This document shows, one piece after another, positions 56,870 to 64,000 of a stretch of DNA of 64,000 bases. Made by a program: the position numbers and the translations under genes. The stretch spans positions 22,196,001-22,260,000 of the forward strand of contig OZ024749.1 of NCBI GenBank assembly GCA_964016885.1, in the 5' to 3' direction. The DNA is from Eledone cirrhosa. Lineage: Eukaryota. Positions within the stretch are counted from its first letter, which is position 1, and every line of letters begins with the position of its first letter. The notes beneath the pieces were generated by a model that ran no database searches, was not told the origin of the DNA, and saw only the letters and a program-made list of their open reading frames with translations.

Positions 56870-59514
56870 TACTACTAGAACGTTTGGGTTTATAATAAAA
56901 GTAAGAATTAGAAATGGCGTGGGGGCAAGAAGAGAATATCTCAGACTTTCTATTAAGTAAGGATACGCTAGAGAAAATTATAGAGTGTGGCTCAAGGATA
57001 CAGAGATTACAAAACTTAGTATGTGTAGAAAGGTGGTAAGGCTATATGGTATATAAGCTCCCTTAAGATCCCAGATATAATGCGCTAAAGAAGTAGAATT
57101 CTTAAACCTAACATGTTTGAAGTTAGAGATATGAGAGTTAAACCTAGTCTTAAAAGTGTTTGAAGTAGATCCTATATAAGTTCTATTAGAGGAATTAGTT
57201 ATAACTTCGCAAGCGTAGACAATGTTCTTAGAAAGGCAGTTACCGTTTAAAGGGCAGTTAGCACTCACTCTACAATTGCACTTCCGGGTGTTATTAGTTG
57301 GCTCGAGTGGTGATGTATTACACGTAGGACTTCTATTAGATAAGGACTGTTCTGGTGGTAAAGCATTGTCAGATCCGTTCAGACTAGTAGTATGTAGAGA
57401 GGAGAATCCATCCCTAATTTTCCTATTATTAGTGCTAGCTAAATGAGAACTAATATTAGGGGTGGTAGAGAATTTGAGTTTAATAACATTTTTATTAAAA
57501 ATACCATGGTATTTATGAGAAGGGGGGACATTTTTCTCTAAGATAGTGAAGAAAGACCTAGGGATATTAGTTGATATATCCTGATTATATGGCGGGTTGA
57601 AATAAGTATTTAATCGCCTTCTATTTTTATTCTTACCGACCCTACCTTTATCAAATGTCCCACCATCGAGACTAGGGTTACTACCAGGATTAGTTAAAGC
57701 CACATTCATAGAATCAGCCATAATTTCGTTATGTCTATTATAGTTTCTACCTCCAGTAGATCTGCTGCTGTCCGGAATCCCTTCAAGAGGATTAGGGCCA
57801 ATGATAAGATCAGTAGGAGCAACATTATTAGAATAAGATCCAGCAAAACCAACACCAATGCGTGAGCGCACAGGGGGTTCAACTTGTCTCCTAGAGGTAT
57901 TATATTTGCTATTACGAGTCCGGTGGGTTAACTTATGGATGGGTTCAGATACACCTATATAATTTCTACGGTTACTATATTTGCTACTCCCATTCATGGC
58001 CAAGTTATGTGATATAATGTTATTATTGTTAAGAGTAAGCGGAGACTTTCTAAGGTTACTATTATTATAATGTATTTTACTAGAGTGACCTGAATTTGCT
58101 AGGGCATTATTGTAGTACTCCGCATGTTCATTAAATGTTCCTATGTCCTTAGAGAGTGTGGAAATCCTATTAGATACGCCCTTAATTATTGAGTTCATCA
58201 TAGACTTAGGGTGGTTAGAGTTGGGGCTAACATAAGAAAGAATTTCATTAGGCTTATGGAAGGGTTTAAAACTATTAGTGACCAAGTCCAAAGTCACATC
58301 TAAAAAGTTAACCGCTCTATCATTTCTATCTATCGTGATCGAAAGGTTGTAGCTTTTAAAAAACTTATAAAGCTTCTTATTATTATGTTCTACATTGTTG
58401 GTGCTAGAGTTAATTACAAACAATGCATCATCACGATATAGTCCGCCTATAAGGTGCGGGAAGGTAGCGTATAGTTCATTAAGGAGGAACAACCCAACAA
58501 GATCAGTAACCTGGGCCGAATCACTCGAACCCATTGTAACGTCGAAATTATTGGGCGTGTTTTTACGGGTCCAAAATGTGTCCTCAAATTTAATAATAGT
58601 TTTACCGGCTGCTAGTATAATATCTACCTGTGATCGTGTAAGGCTGGACACTCTCATGGCCAACATTAAGGCTTTATTGAGGAAGATGGGTGAAATTGAT
58701 GTGTAGTAGGCATCAATATCGAATTGGATAAACTTATTAGATTCAAGTCTATTAATCCCAGAGAACCAATCTATAACTTCCCTAGTGTTCCCCCATAGGT
58801 TAAAATTAACCTTATCCCTAACATCTGGTATACTAAGGTCAAGGATTTTTTTACTGATAATGGCTATATCCGACTTAGAAGGACAGATAAGTCTAACAGA
58901 GGGGTTACTAATAAAATCAACCTTATGATCCTTAAGTGTGAATCTCGGTTCTCGAGGGTAATATGGCTGGGTATACTTATCGAGTCCGAGGTCAGAGACT
59001 ATTCTAAGGCCCTCATTATTGATGTGGTTCAAATTCTCTAGCGTAGTTTTTTATAGTTTCTATATAACTCTTTATAAATAAAATCGCGGTATGCACTATA
59101 GTCCATGGAGTATAGATTCTTAGTCTTATCTGCCGGGACAAGAATGGACTTATTCTCACCGAAACCCGTAACAATATTTTTAAGTCTGGACTGGAACTTA
59201 TCAAAGTTATTATAATTTCTATGTCTATTATTTGGCCTAAACCTAATATTTTTGACCAGAGAGAGTAAGTCACTTTCAAAACTATCTAATAGTATATTGC
59301 GTGGTGGGCTCTTATAAGTTTTGAAGCCATAGTTATTAAAATGTGTTCTATTCCTGGGGTCCTTCCTATTCTTATTATTATCGTAGTGGAAAACACGCCA
59401 TCTAATCCTTTTTACAAAGGAGTTAACACTAGCTATCAGTAGTTTTTGGTTAGTATTCTTAGAGGCGGTGGGAATATTCTTCAGAGATAAAGGCAGGTAA
59501 CTCTTTGTTAGCAT
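56870..59514 (-). pseudogene. Penelope RT plus GIY-YIG ORF (frameshift at ~59035, damaged C-terminus)
   Basis: SLKNIP..KRIRWR, PADKT, KDHK, FIQFDIDAYYTSI, MGSSDSAQ, GLYRDD, FNPPY, CNCR..CPLNGNC, NIVY..TYIGST..FKTRF..H, LLNRKSEIFSSCPH. Confidence 0.92.
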
Positions 59515-59684
59515 ACTGTCAGATAAATATATATAAAGGCCAAAATACCAGTATATATGTGAGTAAGCTCAACCGGTCGGGAGCAGTGACAAGGATTAGA
59601 ATACTGGAGCGTGTTGGAGTTAAACACCCTCTTCGTATTATAGAAATGACAGTAAAAGGTATAGCTCAATGCAGTTAAACAGAG

Positions 59685-59732
<48 letters not shown>

Positions 59733-59737
59733 CATAG

Positions 59738-59803
<66 letters not shown>

Positions 59804-59806
59804 CTG

Positions 59807-59935
<129 letters not shown>

Positions 59936-59961
59936 CTGTATATATATATATATTTATATAT

Positions 59962-60063
<102 letters not shown>

Positions 60064-60076
60064 ATATATGTATGTA

Positions 60077-60120
<44 letters not shown>

Positions 60121-60384
60121 TATATATATATGTATGTATATATATATATGTATATATGTATATATATGTATATATGTATATATATATGTATATATATATA
60201 TGTATATATGTATATATAGGTGTATATATATATGTATGTGTATATATGTATATATATATATGTGTGTATGTGTGTATATATATATGTGTATATGTATATA
60301 TAGATGTATATGTATATATATGTGTGTATATGTATGTGTATGTATATATGTGTATATATGTGTGTATATATGCATATATATATG

Positions 60385-60418
<34 letters not shown>

Positions 60419-60558
60419 TGTATATATATGTATATATGTGTATATATCTATGTATATATATATGTATATATATGTATGTATATATGTATATATATATGTA
60501 TGTATATGTATATATATGTATGTATGTATGTATGTGTATATATATATGTATATATATA

Positions 60559-60897
60559 TGGAGGCACATGGCTTAGTGGTTACAGTATTGGCCTTGCAAT
60601 CGAAAGGTTTGGAGTTCAATTCTCAGACCGGGTGATGTGTTGTTTCCTTGAGCAAGACACTTTATTTCCCATTGCTCCAGTTTACTCAGCTGTAGAAATG
60701 AGATGATAGGGACTTAGGCCCCTATAATTCCACTGTAAAGTGGTCGTGGAGGTGGCACGGCAAAAAAGCACCCAGCACTCACTGTAAATGAGGTTGGGTT
60801 TAGGAAGGGCATCCAGCTGTAGAAATCAAGCCAGAATCAGTTCCTGTCCCACCCTTGCGGGCGGGGACAGGCGGACGTGGAATGATGATGATGATGA
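60559..60897 (+). mobile_element. tRNA-type SINE head and core plus 3' segment with (GAT)n tail
   Basis: ggaggcacatggcttagtggt A box, gagttcaattc B box, ccttgagcaagacacttta core. Confidence 0.75.
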
Positions 60898-60908
60898 TAT
60901 ATATATAT

Positions 60909-60963
<55 letters not shown>

Positions 60964-61028
60964 GATGTATATATATGTGTGTATGTATATATGTATGTAT
61001 ATATGTGTATATATGTATAATATATATG

Positions 61029-61064
<36 letters not shown>

Positions 61065-61324
61065 TATATAGGTATATATGTGTATGTATATGTATGTGTA
61101 TATATATATATATGTGTATATATATATGTGTATATATATATATATATATGTGTATATATATATGTATATATATGTGTATATATATATATATATGTGTGTA
61201 TATATGTGTGTATATGTATGTGTGTATATGTGTATATATATATATGTGTATATATGTATGTATATGTGTGTGTGTATGGGTATGTGAATGTATGTATGTA
61301 TATATATATATATATATATGTGTA

Positions 61325-61416
<92 letters not shown>

Positions 61417-61449
61417 AGGTCACCAGTTGGTGTGTATATATATATATAT

Positions 61450-62013
61450 GTCAGGTTACCAGTTGGTGCTACTGGTAACATGTATCCCAGTACAACCTCT
61501 CTCATGGTAGGGTCGTTGGCGACTAAACTGGCAACCCCACCAAGGTTTCTTGGTGAGGAGGGTGACTTTGGACATCCTGTAGGACTAAAAACAAAACCTG
61601 TCAAAGAGTCAATGGCCATCCAAAATCACCGGGAGAGATGACCCCTTAGCCTTTGTAAAGGCAGAATTCTAGGAGAAGGAAAACTCTGATATAACACCTG
61701 CAACCCTGACGGTATCCAATGATGTTGACTTGTTCTTCTTTTTGGTAAATATCATCTTGGTTAAGAGAGTGGGACTATAAAAGCTTCACGGCACAGGCAT
61801 TTCTTTATATCTGGAGATCTCTCTGCACTTGTCGTCACATGGAACCATAGACCCAGCACTATGTGTCAATAATTGTCACAAGTGTAGTGTTTGTACCAGA
61901 GTTTTCAAGTCGCTGGCTGGACTAAAATGTCACACTCGTTTAGCGCATCGGTAGGAGTTCTCCTACATGGATATAAAGTAGTGGCCGTACTCGAAAACGA
62001 GTTGGCAGCCACC
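61450..62013 (+). mobile_element. Non-autonomous RTE-derived element (5' region fused to the zinc-finger/3' tail)
   Basis: 5' part matches 10723; 3' 150 bp matches 6864-7016. Confidence 0.75.
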
Positions 62014-62074
62014 ATATATATATGTATGGCCTCAGCCGGATGGCTGAAACAGGTAAAAAAGTAAAAGAGTAATA

Positions 62075-62163
<89 letters not shown>

Positions 62164-62166
62164 ATA

Positions 62167-62210
<44 letters not shown>

Positions 62211-62222
62211 TATATATATATG

Positions 62223-62262
<40 letters not shown>

Positions 62263-62330
62263 CATATATATATATATATACATACATATATATATATATA
62301 TTTATATATAAATACATATATATATATATG

Positions 62331-62797
62331 GAGGAGGTTATAGTTCACTTGAAGCATTGTGTAATGAGGTATAAACGTTAGAATATGTGTAATAAGGCCA
62401 AGACAATGCAGATATGGACATAGAAACATACCTACACCTTCATGCTTTCTCCCACACACATATACAGGCACGCATATAAAATTTAAAAAACACAACAAAA
62501 ACATAAACAAACCCCTCTTAAAGGGAGACTACTCTTTACCCACCTAATTTTAATTCTTTGATATTAAAGTTAGAACTCTATACTATTTCCGGTCAGCATG
62601 GCTTCATTGGAAATTTAAGACGCTGGTCTGAGACGTTTACTTCCCTCCGAAGAAGAGATATTATCTCGAAAATTAAGGACATTTAAATAAATTCAAGGTG
62701 AAAGACGAATTCTCATCAATATCTCTCACTATTGCATTCTTTTTCTATGTCCATATCTGCATTGTCTTGGCCTTATTACACATATTCTAACGTTTAT
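62331..62797 (+). mobile_element. pLTR/retrozyme-like remnant with 56-bp inverted repeat and decayed HHR (62644-62678)
   Basis: Arms 62371-62426 and 62742-62797; cct-CCGAAGA-a-gagat-att-atctc-GAAA-at-TA-agg. Confidence 0.65.
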
Positions 62798-62819
62798 ATA
62801 TATATATATATATACATAC

Positions 62820-62850
<31 letters not shown>

Positions 62851-63000
62851 TATATACATACCTATATATATATATATTTATATATAATATATATATATAT
62901 ACATATATATATATATCTATATATATACATACATATATATATATATTTATATTTATATATATATACATACACATATATACATACATATATATATATATAT

Positions 63001-63180
63001 AACAAAGGAATTGTGGTAAGGAACCAGATGGACCATAACGCACCAGAGGACTCAATACTTAGGGTAGTAGAGTGCGAAATAGAAAAAAGTATGACCCCGA
63101 CGGCAGAGCTCAAGCCGTCCATTTAGTCCAGAAATAGCCGTCGAAAAGGCTTGAGCTCTGCCGTCGGGGTCATACTTTTT

Positions 63181-63185
<5 letters not shown>
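63001..63185 (-). mobile_element. Family F palindromic remnant
   Basis: Arms ~63079-63119 and ~63146-63185; tail matches 35760-35840. Confidence 0.75.
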
Positions 63186-63242
<57 letters not shown>

Positions 63243-63267
63243 TACATATATATATATATAAATATAC

Positions 63268-63318
<51 letters not shown>

Positions 63319-63349
63319 CATACAATGCATATATATATATACATATATG

Positions 63350-63380
<31 letters not shown>

Positions 63381-63474
63381 ATATATAAGAAAGATCGAGT
63401 ATCGAAAAATCGGCGCACGAGTTCACGATAAACAAAATTCGATACATATATGTATATATATATATGCATGTATG

Positions 63475-63528
<54 letters not shown>

Positions 63529-63548
63529 TGTATATATATATATGCATG

Positions 63549-63603
<55 letters not shown>

Positions 63604-63648
63604 GTATATATATGTATATATATACATACATGCATATATATATATACA

Positions 63649-63686
<38 letters not shown>

Positions 63687-63712
63687 CATATATATATACA
63701 TATATATATATA

Positions 63713-64000
63713 TGGTGGCTGCCAACTCGTTTTCGAGTACGGCCACTACTTTATATCCATGTAGGAGAACCCCTACTGATGCGCTGAACGAGTGTGACTT
63801 TTTAGTCCAGCCAGCGACTTGAAAACTTTGGTACAAACACTGCACTTGTGACAATTATTGACACATAGTGCTGGGCCCATGGTACCATGTGACGACAAGT
63901 GCAGAGAGATCTCCAGATACAAAGCAATGCCTGTGCCGTGAAGCTTTTATAGTGAGAAAAGGCACTGCACAAAGCCAGTCCCACTCTCTTAACCAAGATG
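63713..64000 (-). mobile_element. Second copy of the 61450-62013 RTE-derived element, tail-to-tail, running off the window
   Basis: Reverse complement of ~61753-62013 with an extra ~25 bp. Confidence 0.8.

Larger units (their letters stand above)
54753..59688 (-). mobile_element. Near full-length Penelope-like element (Naiad-like) with direct pseudo-LTR repeats
   Basis: 98-bp direct repeats at 54753-54850 and 59591-59688; (TA)n on both sides; RT-GIY-YIG ORF. Confidence 0.92.

Noticed and set aside
60559-60630. tRNA gene
   Set aside because: A and B boxes are present but run into a SINE core, with no acceptor stem or terminator.

Overview
Repeat-saturated animal genomic DNA with very long (TA)n, (CA)n, (TATG)n, (GAA)n and (CAC)n microsatellites. 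The repeat style suggests a coleoid cephalopod such as Octopus, which is an inference only. No host gene is supportable, and almost all ORF-track entries are microsatellite translations. The real coding remnants are all retroelements: a 5'-truncated R4/Dong-type RLE LINE (7.6-10.5 kb, minus), a full-length decayed Tx1-clade LINE (26.6-32.5 kb), three Penelope-like elements (RT plus C-terminal GIY-YIG, Naiad-like; 24.2-25.5, 42.8-46.3 and 54.8-59.7 kb), and RTE and CR1 3' fragments. There are also tRNA-type SINEs and a probable non-autonomous Helitron. The main discovery is non-coding. Manual folding finds about 25 intact or decayed type I hammerhead ribozyme (HHR) motifs. Some lie in Penelope pseudo-LTRs, but most lie in at least 6 ORF-less families (325-730 bp units). 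These families sit in (TA)n tracts, mostly as tandem 1.1-2.3-mers and/or with a 5' inversion, and independent copies share a fixed 3' end. They look like a retrozyme-like, Penelope-mobilised radiation. Several HHRs are atypical: 50-95 nt and sometimes branched stem II domains, mismatched (U.U, C.A, A.A) stem II closure, GUU cleavage triplets and palindromic stem III. Copies show compensatory base changes. All structures were assigned by eye and are untested.
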